NCBI GenBank assembly: GCA_032718475.1 | Contig: JAUCBJ010001382.1 | Coordinates: 28,843 to 92,842, forward strand | Direction: 5' to 3' | From: Nemertoderma westbladi | Taxonomy: Eukaryota; Animalia; Xenacoelomorpha | Length of the DNA: 64,000 bases | Made by a program: the position numbers and the translations under genes | Part shown: piece by piece, positions 1-10,683 of the stretch | How the letters are laid out: every line of letters begins with the position of its first letter | How positions within the stretch are numbered: the stretch's first letter is position 1 | Notes under the pieces: model-generated | Seen by the model: the letters and a program-made list of their open reading frames with translations, nothing else | The model's database searches: none | Told to the model about the DNA's origin: nothing

Positions 1-227
1 CTAGAATGTTCCTGCATAAATTGGTATTGTCTATCCATCATTGCTGTCGTCTGTTGTTGCATCAACTCGGCTTGATTCAACATCATTTGTTTAAACATCT
101 CCATCATTCCCCATGTTGATTCACCCTTACCAGAAGCCACACTACCGTCATCTTCTTTGTTAAGTTGCTGACCATGACCTTGACTTTGACCCTGGCCCTT
201 CTTGGTCGGGTCGTCCTTCTTCGACAT
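1..227 (-). CDS. N-terminus of a gag-like ORF (partial, runs off window)
   Basis: ATG at 227; MSKKDDPTKKGQGQSQGHGQQLNKEDDGSVASGKGESTWGMMEMFKQMMLNQAELMQQQ..., open to base 1, downstream of the PBS. Confidence 0.55.
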   Translation of the reverse strand, partial: MSKKDDPTKKGQGQSQGHGQQLNKEDDGSVASGKGESTWGMMEMFKQMMLNQAELMQQQTTAMMDRQYQFMQEHS

Positions 228-404
228 TTGTTTGGCAGCTTCAATATCCTTGTGATATTGACGACGTACGTCTAGTGGGTTTTGACGAGTTATCCTCTTC
301 TCCAGTTTAAACAAAAAAACAACAACAACTGAAATGGCTGGCGATCATAAGCCTGTGAAACTCCAATCCATTAAATTAAACGCTGTTCTCCAGTGGATGC
401 AGTT

Positions 405-417
405 GGTGGGACCTCCA
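405..417 (-). promoter_or_regulatory. Primer-binding site, tRNA-Gln
   Basis: Plus strand GGTGGGACCTCCA matches the 3' end of eukaryotic tRNA-Gln including CCA and abuts the LTR end. Confidence 0.75.
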
Positions 418-1525
418 TGTGATAAGTTCTTCTTGCCCTCCCCCGGGTTATATCTGCACCGACCACAATTGATGCTAAACTCCAATATGATATGATAAGA
501 ATAACAAACATACATATATTAATTAAGCAACAATAATTTCATTAATCACAGACTTATGTCACCATTGTAAATACCGATAGGCTACCAACTAATTAGCATT
601 AGGCCTACATAAATAATTATTGCAGTAATCGGGTATACACTATTCCCCTTACAGTACTGCATACAGTGGATGTACGGTAGTGCGTTTTTACTAATTGCGA
701 ATGCAGCAGTTCCTTAGGCCTTAGGGCAAATTATAATTAGTAAGTTTTTTGGAAATTTTAGCTAGGTTTGCGAGAATTCAGTTTCGGTCAAAATTATTTT
801 GTAAAATTCTAGAGTTTTGTACCGGTATGTTAGGTAACCGCTTAGTTATTTTATACCATCTGGAGATACATGGCAAGACGGAACTTCTGAGTTTGGGGTT
901 CGTGTGGGTCTGCGGGTTCGGTTTGCAATCAGCGAAGGGCCTGAATCTTTGGACGCGGACGTGGAATCTCACAGCAAACAAGGTTAGTTGTTCTGTTGGC
1001 ACCATAGTGTTTGTGGAAGCAGTAAAAAATTATCGGTTGTTTAACTGCGAAGCTGAACTCAATTTATTAGTTAGGATATTTAGGTTTAGCCGGCCATGGT
1101 TTTGAATCGCTCAAGTTAGAGAGAGAGTTAGAGAGAGTCGCAACCCGAAGATGTAGCCACGCGCTAGTGGATACATATAATATTTGAAATTAAAATTACG
1201 TTGATTAGAGCTATATATAAAATTAGAAATATTCGGGCGGCAAGTATATTTTGAATATTTTGTATTAGATTCAAAGTTATTTTGTGCTATACCGGTATTT
1301 AATACTATATAGTAGCTATATAATAATATTTTTGTTTAAATATTGTGCTAGTATTTGCTATAACTATATACCCCATTAAATTCACAATATTGCATTGCGA
1401 ATTTATTTGACATTTGGACCAACTGATTATTTGACAAATAATTTGACCGTGTTTCGGTTAAATTATAATTATATCTCGAACTTTTGCGAGATATTTTTGC
1501 CGGAAGGCAAAACATTATTTAGACT

Positions 1526-4500
1526 ATGAGTGTCTCAGACAAAGAGGCACTAGAGGACAGCTACGAGACGGCGGCAGGACCGCCGACTGACGATAGCGTA
1601 AACATTACTGTTGATGACAATGCCGACTATGACGACGCAGCGAGCGACGCTGACGTAAGTGAACAGGAGGACGAGACAGTGACTAGTGAGGAAGAAGAAC
1701 TACCTCAGGTAATAGTATTAGGATCCCCTACCGCTACTGATAGGAAGGACTGTACGGCAGCCCGGACAGAGGTGAGTGATAGGGAGAGTAGTGTAGCAGA
1801 AGCGAGAGCCCGGAGCCCGGTTTCCAGACCTGTGGGTATGGTAAGTGCCGTGGTCCCGACGGCTGTAAGGAGTACCCGTAGTTCCCGAAATAATCCTTCA
1901 AGTCCACCAAGTGTGAGTCAGGTAAGCGAGAGAGAACTGGATATCGCGATAAAGAAGAAACTTCGCGCGCATGCCGGACATATAACTCGGACGGCGGACA
2001 AGGTAAGGAAAATGTTAGCCGACTCAGCGAACATCGGGAGGGTAGAGTTAGTAGAGATTAGAAGAGGATATAACTCAGCGTTATTCAAGCAGACGGAGGA
2101 GCTTGCAGTCCTAGCGAAGAAGGCAGTAGAGTCTCAGTCGAGCGACGTGGCGACGAGGATTTACGACAGGGTTTTAGCAGCCTTGTTGGAGCACCGCGAG
2201 TTATCGGAGCGATTCCGACGAGTTAGGACGGAGAACTGGCTGCTATGGGCATCACAAGCGCAGGCGACTCAGGTGAGTGACGCAGAGTTGAGAGACTTAG
2301 TGGAGCGAGAAGAGATCCAAGATAAAGAGGAGCGCCGTTATCAGAGGGAAGTTACTAGCTGGCTGATGCAGAATGGAGTGGTGGTACCAGGCCAGGTGCT
2401 ACCGACGACGGAGAACATTCAACAGAGGACGTTGACTCCACCCGACGACGCATCCAGAGACAGTGGCGATTCCCAGGTTAGTCACGCGCGAGGGAAGGTT
2501 ATATGTGCTAGATCCCTTGTTTCTCACAACTCGGCGGAGGAGAGAAGACGCCGACTGGACGAACAACAGGCGGAAGTTTTGCGTGCATCGGAAGCACGGA
2601 AGGAAGCCGAGCGGGAACGGGAGCGCACACGTAAGTTAGACGCGAAGTTGCGAGAGTTGGAAGACAAAGGTAAGCGTGAGCAACTCGAACGCGAACAGGA
2701 AGAACGCGAACTACAACTCGAACGCGAACGCGAAGAACGCAAACTCGAACGCGAACGCGAAGAATGCGAACTCCAACTCAAACGCGAACGCGAAGAACGC
2801 GAACTCCAACTCAAACGCGAACGCGAACTCCGACTCGAACGCGAACGCGAACGGGAGGCAAAGGAACGCGAACAAAGAAGGCGCGAACTCCAACTTGAAC
2901 ACGAGCGCAAAGAACGCGAACTCGAGATCGAGAAGGAGCGACGGGCGTTGTATGAAGAGAAGGCGCGGGTGGAAGAAGAGAGCGCAGCGAGACGAGCGAG
3001 GGAAGAAGAAGAACGTAAACTGGCGCAGTTGGAAAGTGCGAGATTAAGTTTAGAGAGCGAAGAACGGACCAGGAAGGCGAATGAAATCGCCGAGAAGGGG
3101 ATGCGAATGATCGAAGAATGTGGGGCGAGTGTAGGGACCGAGTTGCGAGAACTGTTCGCACTGCAGAAGGCCGAACAGGAAGCGAGAACTCCGACTATAC
3201 GCGAGTCGACGACGACCAGAATTCCTATACCCGGTCCAGCTATTACGAGTACACGGATCGCTAAACCGTTCTCTACATATCGCACGCCAGTTGGTATTAG
3301 TGCTTCACCCATCGCCCAGGATCTACGTCATCAGAACACCGCACCACTATACACCGAACGCGACAACGGAGAGTTTAGAGAAACTCCGACGGGCCGAGTA
3401 TTGGGCGAACCGAACCCGCGGGTTTGGAATACGCAGACGGAGCGCCGACCCAGTTCGACGGAGAACTTCCGGGTTAAACCGGAAGAGGGATCATATGAGA
3501 GACAGCGGATTACTCAGATAGAGCCGACTATACAACAGAACCCTAGCCAGGAATTTATTACGAGGGATGAGTTAAGTGCTAGTTTAGCGCAAGCTATATC
3601 GCCGCACATCCAACCTATAACGGACATGCTTAGCAACCTACGGTTAAAGGAAGCAGCCCAGGTAAGAAGTAATTCAAATCCCAGCAGGCATGAATTAGAT
3701 AAAGTCCAACCTAGTCAACGAGTACGCATATCGGAGGAGACTATACCACATAGACCTCAGGTAAGGACGCCTGTCCCGAATATTCATAATCCCAATTTCG
3801 AAAATTCGGCCGAGAAATTTATTCAGGATGCTTGGGTCAGGGCCTCGGCGCGCAAACCATCGCGAGCGCTAAGGACTGACACCGAGTCAAGCGATGAAGA
3901 GGAAGACATGAGACGTCAGAAGTCCCGAAACTATAAGGAAAGAAGGACGGACGCGGAGCAGGTAAGTTGGAACCACCGGGAAAGGACCAGACTTAACAAC
4001 CCTGCGGAACTAAACCATTTGTTAACCCGGAACGACGCAACCCTTAGGGACATAGGTAAGTTTGCTGCTAGGCAAGGACTGCCGACGCAACAACCCCAGA
4101 AGTTTATGGGCAACCATAAGCACTGGAGGACATTCAAAACCTATGTCGACGAGCAGCTAACCAACAGCACCTTTACTCCCAACGAGAAGTTCAACTATTT
4201 ACTTCAGATGCTCCATCGAGAACCTAGAGCCATTGCTGATTTCGGCAACGAAAGAGCATTCGAGTTAGCGATGAAGACGCTTAGCGACATCTACGGGAAT
4301 AAAACGAAGATGGCGCAGTCGATAGTAGAAGACTTGGGTAAGGGCGGAAGGATTACAACTCCGTTAGAGCTGTTGAACTTAGCGAACGCTATTTCGAACG
4401 CATTGGACATCTTGAGGACGGTGAATCTACCTCATCATGGTGATCACGCCGAAGTTTTGAAGAGCGTAATAAGACGTCTAAACATGCGTTACCGACAGAA

Positions 4501-4783
4501 ATGGCGCAAATTAGAGCATAAGTTGGAGGGCCAAGGTAAGGTGTTGACACTTCAGCATATTCATGACATGATAGCCACAGACGCAGTAGCAGAGATGAAA
4601 TCAAACTTCTCAGAGGAGAATATGAGAGAGTCTAAACCTGTTACCGGTAAGTCTATGGTAAGTTTTGACGATGACAGGACCACTGTGACATTTAACTCAG
4701 TAGACAGATATAATTCGAATACCCCAGCCTTTAGATCAGACTCGCGAGTATGGTCAGGTGAGCGGTTAGATAGACCTGGTTAA
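1526..4783 (+). CDS. gag: Bel/Pao Gag (acidic N-terminus, E/R coiled coil, DUF1759-like capsid region)
   Basis: 1085-aa ORF; KFMGNHKHWRTFK...EKFNYLLQML...AMKTLSDIYGN is typical of Pao gag; tandem ERELQLERER repeats at about 2680-2850. Confidence 0.85.
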   Translation: MSVSDKEALEDSYETAAGPPTDDSVNITVDDNADYDDAASDADVSEQEDETVTSEEEELPQVIVLGSPTATDRKDCTAARTEVSDRESSVAEARARSPVSRPVGMVSAVVPTAVRSTRSSRNNPSSPPSVSQVSERELDIAIKKKLRAHAGHITRTADKVRKMLADSANIGRVELVEIRRGYNSALFKQTEELAVLAKKAVESQSSDVATRIYDRVLAALLEHRELSERFRRVRTENWLLWASQAQATQVSDAELRDLVEREEIQDKEERRYQREVTSWLMQNGVVVPGQVLPTTENIQQRTLTPPDDASRDSGDSQVSHARGKVICARSLVSHNSAEERRRRLDEQQAEVLRASEARKEAERERERTRKLDAKLRELEDKGKREQLEREQEERELQLEREREERKLEREREECELQLKREREERELQLKRERELRLEREREREAKEREQRRRELQLEHERKERELEIEKERRALYEEKARVEEESAARRAREEEERKLAQLESARLSLESEERTRKANEIAEKGMRMIEECGASVGTELRELFALQKAEQEARTPTIRESTTTRIPIPGPAITSTRIAKPFSTYRTPVGISASPIAQDLRHQNTAPLYTERDNGEFRETPTGRVLGEPNPRVWNTQTERRPSSTENFRVKPEEGSYERQRITQIEPTIQQNPSQEFITRDELSASLAQAISPHIQPITDMLSNLRLKEAAQVRSNSNPSRHELDKVQPSQRVRISEETIPHRPQVRTPVPNIHNPNFENSAEKFIQDAWVRASARKPSRALRTDTESSDEEEDMRRQKSRNYKERRTDAEQVSWNHRERTRLNNPAELNHLLTRNDATLRDIGKFAARQGLPTQQPQKFMGNHKHWRTFKTYVDEQLTNSTFTPNEKFNYLLQMLHREPRAIADFGNERAFELAMKTLSDIYGNKTKMAQSIVEDLGKGGRITTPLELLNLANAISNALDILRTVNLPHHGDHAEVLKSVIRRLNMRYRQKWRKLEHKLEGQGKVLTLQHIHDMIATDAVAEMKSNFSEENMRESKPVTGKSMVSFDDDRTTVTFNSVDRYNSNTPAFRSDSRVWSGERLDRPG

Positions 4784-4794
4784 AGCAACAGGAG

Positions 4795-7700
4795 TTGCCG
4801 GATGGATTTGTAGGTTGCCAATACTGTTTACTAAAGGAGGTAAGATCTGACGACCATAAGTTAGATAGTTGCAGACGGTTCAAAGAATTAAATTCGGAAC
4901 AGAGAAGAGTTCAAGTGCGGACGTTGGACACCTGTTGGGCATGTCTTGCGCCAGGCCATGTACGGCGGCAGTGCCCGAACAGCAAGGACGGATGCATGGA
5001 ATGCGGCAGACTACACCACAAGTTGCTACATGCGGATTTCCATACCCCAACGGACCGTTACTTACAGCGAAATCCTCAAAGGAAGGGGAGCAAAGAACCC
5101 ATATCGATAAGGAGGAATACGTACACTGGCATCCAGGACGATGGTTACCAACCAGGTTCGTCGGATGAGGATGGCGAGTCGAGCGCGAGAGAAGTGACCT
5201 GCCAAGGTTTCACCGCGGATAGTTCATCGACCAGCGCGCGGACGTATTTATCATCGGCAACGTCGGAAATATTTAGCGTGATTCCGGTGAAACTTACTGG
5301 CGATAAGGGATCGAAGAGAATATATGTGATGTTGGACACTGCGTCCACATTATCGTATATCGACGAGGAAGTGGCGAGAGCTGTTTCTAGCTTCCAGGAC
5401 GCCGAGGAGATCCAAATAGAGTTGAAGTCTATGCATGGAGTAGGAGACCTCAAGGGACACAGAATTTCGGTAGAACTAGATTCCCTACTTCCGAGAGACC
5501 AACACACTCGACAAGAACGGAAAGCTTTGCCATTGGACGGATTTAAGTGTCTAGCTATGAAGGGATTCGGCAGGCAGTTAGGTAAGGTGCCGCCGATGAG
5601 TCCCATAGCACAGGAGTATTTTGACAAGCTCAGGATACCCAGACACCAGGTAGGTTATAGGAATGTTTCTATGTTGATTGGTGCAGAACAGCTGATCGCA
5701 CACCAAATATGGGAAACGAGACCAGCTGAGCCGCATGTCAATGGACCACATGCCCATAGGACTATACTAGGTTGGTATACACGAGTACCCATGTCTTATG
5801 AGTTTACAGGTGGCGACAAGCCAATAAACAGATACGACGAATTACAGCCTATAATTCAACCACCGTTAGTAGAACCACCAGACATAGACGAGTTTAGGAG
5901 AACCTGTATTGACCACTATAGTGACTTTAGCGAGTCGGACGAGGAGTTGATTCCCGATAATGTTTGGTTGTCGGAACCACTTCATAACGACCGGACAGAT
6001 AGTGAACCCGAGGACTACTGTTATCAGACCCGTGGGTCTGGTTCAGCGGCCCACGCTACCTATTTGACTAACGTTTTGACTTATACAGACATAGTGGAGG
6101 GTCAAGTGGCTAAATATCGAGACCTAGACATTTTCCAGTATAGTGAGGAGGAATTACAGAAGGAATTGATACGCCAGGACCTCGAGACAGGAGCCAGAAC
6201 CGTCGAATGGCTGGATAGGGACGCAATGGAACCCGGTGGATATGACCTAGCCATGTCTACTGATGAGAAACGGTCGCTGGAGATGATGGAAGATACCATA
6301 CGTCTACTACCGACTGGACATTTTGAAGTTGGAATGTTGTGGCGTCGACAACCACCTAAGTTGGAGAACAACTACAACTTAGCCTTGAAAAGATTGAACG
6401 GAGTAAGGGCTCGGTTGTTGAAGAATCCAGACATTAGGGAGAAGTATTGCGCCCAGATCAACAACTATTTCGCCAAGGGATTTGCTGGGAAGGTAGAGGA
6501 CCCTGACTTAGTGACAGACCAGACTTATTACCTTCCACACCACTATGTGACTCACCCTGACAAACCTGACAAAGTCCGAGTAGTCAACGACTGCGCAGCA
6601 GTCTATAGAGGTATGTCCCTGAATTCAGAGTTGATGGATGGTCCCAACCTGAATAATTATTTGATTGGAATACTGTTGCGTTTTAGACAGCGGCGATTCG
6701 CATTTACTTGTGACATCGAGGCGATGTTCCACCAGGTAAGAGCCTGTAAGGCAGACCAGGATAGCCTTCGCTTTCTCTGGTACGAGAATGAAGACTTATC
6801 CGGCCCAGTGGTTACATACCAGATGTACGTTAGGATATTTGGCGCCCGCGATAGTCCGAATGGCACGCTGTTCGTTTTAAAGAAAACGGCAACAGCCCAG
6901 ATTGGTAAGTATCCAGTAGAAGTAATCGAGTCTATATTGAGAAACTTCTATATGGACGACGGATTGGTGTCCAAGGACACAGCGGAACAAGCCATAGAAG
7001 TGGCTCACGGCCTGCAAGAGTGCTTGGCTACAGGGGGATTTCCTCTGACCAAGTTCACTACCAATTCGGAGGCCCTATTAGAGTCGTTCCCGGTGAAAGA
7101 TCGCGGGAGCGGAGACATTGAATTGGGGGTAGAACCAATTCCCATGGCGCGAGTACTGGGACTCGCTTGGAACCCGAACTCAGATAAGTTCCAGGTAAGA
7201 GTTAGATTTGAGCCCAGTAGCCCAGACAAAGTTTTGACTAAGAGAATTTGCTTATCGACTTTAAGTAGACTATTTGACCCGATGAACTTTATCAGTCCGG
7301 TAATATTACAGGCACGAGCGTGCATGAGAAAAATTTGGTTGTCCGACGTAGAGTGGGACGAACCAATATCTCCTATACATGCAAAGCAGTGGAGGGAGTG
7401 GGAAGCCGAGTTGCATCTATTGAAAAATATAGATGTACCCCGTTCCTACTTTCCGAATCAGCTGGTATTCCCAGCTGATTTAGAGCTGCATATGTTTAGT
7501 GACGCAAGTGACACCGGCTTTGGTATGGTAGCCTACCTTCGCCGAGAGGTAAGTCAGGACAAGTTTGAGACGGCCTTTGTGACTTCTAGATCAAAGACAA
7601 TGCCGGTCAAATACATGACTGTCCCTCGTGCAGAGTTACAGGCGGCAGTAGTTTCAGTCGAGGTAAGTAAGCAAATAACTGAGGAGTTGGACACGACATT

Positions 7701-9924
7701 GACCTTATTCTATTGGACGGACGCATCCTTAGTGTTAGTATACATCGCGGCCGACAATATTGCACTAAAGACATTTGTGGCCAATAGACGCGCTCAGATC
7801 GTTGACTTTTCGACGAAGGAACAGTGGAGACATTGTCCGGGAGTGTTAAACCCGGCCGACATAACTTCGAGAGGTGCAATGCCAGCGGAATTCTGTCAGG
7901 AAGAGTCGCAGGAGTTTTGGTTGCATGGACCTGATTTTCTAACGAGGACACAGGAACATTGGCCGGAGCGACTGAAGATAGTGACCAATCCGATGCCTGA
8001 AGATGCAGAAGTCAAGGTGGAGAAAGTCTCTAAGTCGAAGTCTAAAGCCAAACTTAAGTCATTGGAGCGGCCTGAAGAGTCATTGGAGCGGCCTGAAGAG
8101 TCATTGGAGCGGCCCGGAGACCTGTCAGACCAACAGACTTACGTGACTACTAGGTCCGGAAGGGTAAGTTATGACATCAAACCACCCTTACAGACTAAAC
8201 CGGAGTCACAGTTTGTAAGTGACGGACAGAAAATGACCGACAAAATGGAGCCTTTGGTTTCCAAACCTGCGGGTTTGGATTCGAAACTTCCATTAGTTAG
8301 CGGACAACCGTCGCTGGCATTAGAGTCATGCAGTGTTTATGACAAATTACTAAATTCGTCTGCCTCTTGGCTGACAATTTGTAAAAGAACTGCGTGGTTA
8401 AGCCGATACATTTTGTACCTTTGTTTAAAACATTCGAAACATTTGAGAGAACCATTGAGCACCAATAGTGAGCGAATTCGGAAATTGAAACAACCTCTGA
8501 CAGGGGATGAGATTGATCAAGCGGAATTAAAGCATTTGAAACATTATCAAATGTGTGCCTTCCCGAAAGAATTCCATCTATTATCGGCTCAACGACCAGT
8601 TCTCTATAAACCCCTTAGAAAATGGAGTCCATTAATCCATAAGGGTTTAATTTGTCATAGATCGAGAATCCAGACTGTCGACATAAACTCACAGTTTCGG
8701 TTCCCAGTGATAATCCCTAGTCACCCAATAGAATTGCAAAGAGCGATTCTATGGGATATACATAAGAGGTTGCATCACGCGGGAAAGTTACACTGTCTGT
8801 CGGCAGCGAGACAGCGATTCATTCTATTGCAGCCAAGCAGGGCAGTTGGCACTATGTATGACGCCTGTCTGGTTTGCAAGAGGGTGAACGCCAGAGTATT
8901 GGAACAGGAGATGGCTGAACTCCCGGAAGCGAGAGTGCAGGCATATGACCCACCCTTTACGAACACAGGGGTGGATTGTTTTGGTCCGATTGAAGAAAAG
9001 AGTGGACGGCTGACCCACAAGCGATGGGGTCTGCTACTGACATGCATGGCTAGTAGAGCCATACATATCGAGCGTGTGGCAGACATGTCGACCAAATCTC
9101 TGCTCCTGGCCTTGAAGAGATTTATGGCCAGGAGAGGACTAGTAAAGGCGTTCTATTCCGATAAGGGTACAAACTTTGTCGGGGGGAATAGCGAGTTGAA
9201 CGCGGCTCATAAAGCGGCACAGAATAAGGAAATTTCTGCAGCACTTTTGCCGCAACGAGTAGAGTGGAGATTCAATACTCCAGAAAGTCCTTGGAGAGGA
9301 GGAAGTTGGGAGCGTTTAGTTCGCTCTGTAAAGCAGGCCATTGCCAAAACGTTGCCTGTAAACAAACAACTTACCGACGACGAACTGGTCACAGCTTTCA
9401 TTGAAATCGAGCATACCCTCAACTCGAGGCCGATAGCTATGTTGCCAGACGGTGTTGCATTAACGCCGAATCATTTGCTAATGCAGAGTCCAGCATTTCT
9501 TGTGCCGGCATCAGAACCCGTTAGTGCCGACCTATATAGTCGTAAAAGCTGGAAAGTAACACAGTTTGTGGCGTACACATTCTGGGAATATTGGCGGGAA
9601 TACTATCTTCCCACCATATCTACCAGAACAAAGTGGTACAAAACGGTTCGGAGTCTCCAAAGGGGAGATTACGTGTTGATAACCGAACCCATTGTCAAGA
9701 GAAAATACTGGGAGACGGGAGTGATCTTGCACACACACCCAGACGTGCAAAACATAGTGCGCACAGTCACTGTGAAAATTAGGTGCAAGTGTCCGCACCC
9801 AAAAAAGTGTAAAACTAATGGTTTACACACCTTGGACCGACCGGTCCAAGATATTGTGTTATTAGAGGAGACACGTATCGAGACGGGAGATTATAATTTG
9901 TCTCCTGCCTCAAAACAGAGTTAG
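4795..9924 (+). CDS. pol: Bel/Pao polyprotein: three Zn knuckles, protease, RT, RNase H, integrase
   Basis: CWACLAPGHVRRQC and CMECGRLHHKLLH; LDTAS protease; YLPHH, DIEAMFHQV and YMDD (RT); LHMFSDAS, PRAELQAA and WTDA (RNase H); HHCC, GVDCFGP, SDKGTNF and WERLVRSVK (integrase). Confidence 0.95.
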   Translation: MPDGFVGCQYCLLKEVRSDDHKLDSCRRFKELNSEQRRVQVRTLDTCWACLAPGHVRRQCPNSKDGCMECGRLHHKLLHADFHTPTDRYLQRNPQRKGSKEPISIRRNTYTGIQDDGYQPGSSDEDGESSAREVTCQGFTADSSSTSARTYLSSATSEIFSVIPVKLTGDKGSKRIYVMLDTASTLSYIDEEVARAVSSFQDAEEIQIELKSMHGVGDLKGHRISVELDSLLPRDQHTRQERKALPLDGFKCLAMKGFGRQLGKVPPMSPIAQEYFDKLRIPRHQVGYRNVSMLIGAEQLIAHQIWETRPAEPHVNGPHAHRTILGWYTRVPMSYEFTGGDKPINRYDELQPIIQPPLVEPPDIDEFRRTCIDHYSDFSESDEELIPDNVWLSEPLHNDRTDSEPEDYCYQTRGSGSAAHATYLTNVLTYTDIVEGQVAKYRDLDIFQYSEEELQKELIRQDLETGARTVEWLDRDAMEPGGYDLAMSTDEKRSLEMMEDTIRLLPTGHFEVGMLWRRQPPKLENNYNLALKRLNGVRARLLKNPDIREKYCAQINNYFAKGFAGKVEDPDLVTDQTYYLPHHYVTHPDKPDKVRVVNDCAAVYRGMSLNSELMDGPNLNNYLIGILLRFRQRRFAFTCDIEAMFHQVRACKADQDSLRFLWYENEDLSGPVVTYQMYVRIFGARDSPNGTLFVLKKTATAQIGKYPVEVIESILRNFYMDDGLVSKDTAEQAIEVAHGLQECLATGGFPLTKFTTNSEALLESFPVKDRGSGDIELGVEPIPMARVLGLAWNPNSDKFQVRVRFEPSSPDKVLTKRICLSTLSRLFDPMNFISPVILQARACMRKIWLSDVEWDEPISPIHAKQWREWEAELHLLKNIDVPRSYFPNQLVFPADLELHMFSDASDTGFGMVAYLRREVSQDKFETAFVTSRSKTMPVKYMTVPRAELQAAVVSVEVSKQITEELDTTLTLFYWTDASLVLVYIAADNIALKTFVANRRAQIVDFSTKEQWRHCPGVLNPADITSRGAMPAEFCQEESQEFWLHGPDFLTRTQEHWPERLKIVTNPMPEDAEVKVEKVSKSKSKAKLKSLERPEESLERPEESLERPGDLSDQQTYVTTRSGRVSYDIKPPLQTKPESQFVSDGQKMTDKMEPLVSKPAGLDSKLPLVSGQPSLALESCSVYDKLLNSSASWLTICKRTAWLSRYILYLCLKHSKHLREPLSTNSERIRKLKQPLTGDEIDQAELKHLKHYQMCAFPKEFHLLSAQRPVLYKPLRKWSPLIHKGLICHRSRIQTVDINSQFRFPVIIPSHPIELQRAILWDIHKRLHHAGKLHCLSAARQRFILLQPSRAVGTMYDACLVCKRVNARVLEQEMAELPEARVQAYDPPFTNTGVDCFGPIEEKSGRLTHKRWGLLLTCMASRAIHIERVADMSTKSLLLALKRFMARRGLVKAFYSDKGTNFVGGNSELNAAHKAAQNKEISAALLPQRVEWRFNTPESPWRGGSWERLVRSVKQAIAKTLPVNKQLTDDELVTAFIEIEHTLNSRPIAMLPDGVALTPNHLLMQSPAFLVPASEPVSADLYSRKSWKVTQFVAYTFWEYWREYYLPTISTRTKWYKTVRSLQRGDYVLITEPIVKRKYWETGVILHTHPDVQNIVRTVTVKIRCKCPHPKKCKTNGLHTLDRPVQDIVLLEETRIETGDYNLSPASKQS

Positions 9925-10683
9925 TGTTAGACGCAACTCACTTTGTATGCATTCCTCGTATGCAAATACAAGGAAATGCATAGGAGCGGGGTTGTGGTGA
10001 TTTGCGTTGAGTTTTGTCTGGTGGGTATCAAAACAAAATTTTATTTTCAAATTTTGAAAAATTTAAAATTTTTTGGAAAATTAGAAGTGAACCCAAGACA
10101 ATTCCAGACGCTGTGTATAGACGCGCTTTAGAACTCGTCTATAGATAAACAGTAATTTGAAAAGTCGTGAAGCCTGGAAAATAGCATTTAGAAACCATGG
10201 TGACGGCTATATTACGTAGGAGTGTAAATTGAGTTTAGCAACTTCCACAGATTGGTGCCAACAGTGCAACTAAGGTGCTAAAAGGTTAGTAGCACCAGAG
10301 GCGTACATGGACCCCACTCAGTAGTTTGCAGTGATGTGTGATGTTCGATTATCAAACCTGTGGGTTCGGTATAGTCGAGTATTGTGGCTATGGTCCTTTC
10401 TAACTACTGTAGTTTAGTACGAGTAATGGGAGTAGTTTGGGCATCAAAAAGTGAGTTGGTCACGGCCAGTTTATCTCCAAAGTTTTTGCGCTATGCATGG
10501 GAATAGGTTACAGGATAGTTAGTTAGGAAGAGACGGGATCTAGAGAGTCGAACCTGAACTGCTGGAAGGCGGAGGGGGTTCGGGAGGTCTGTCCTTCGGC
10601 GACATCTAACTGATTACCCACAGTGTAATTGGTTTGCGTAACGGAACACTTATTGGGTTATATATGTATATACGCGGGGCATA

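Larger units (their letters stand above)
1..550 (-). mobile_element. 5' end of an LTR retrotransposon (probably Ty3/gypsy-like); putative short 5' LTR at 418-550
   Basis: TGTGAT...ATCACA terminal inverted repeat at 418/550. On the minus strand it is followed immediately by TGGAGGTCCCACC, then an ORF running off the window. Confidence 0.6.

Noticed and set aside
2524-3312. Antisense and alternate-frame ORFs over gag (also 54763-55238)
   Set aside because: Shadows of low-complexity coiled-coil repeats.
4758-4791. 34-nt intron fusing gag to pol
   Set aside because: Removing GTGAGC...CAACAG does not put gag into the pol frame.
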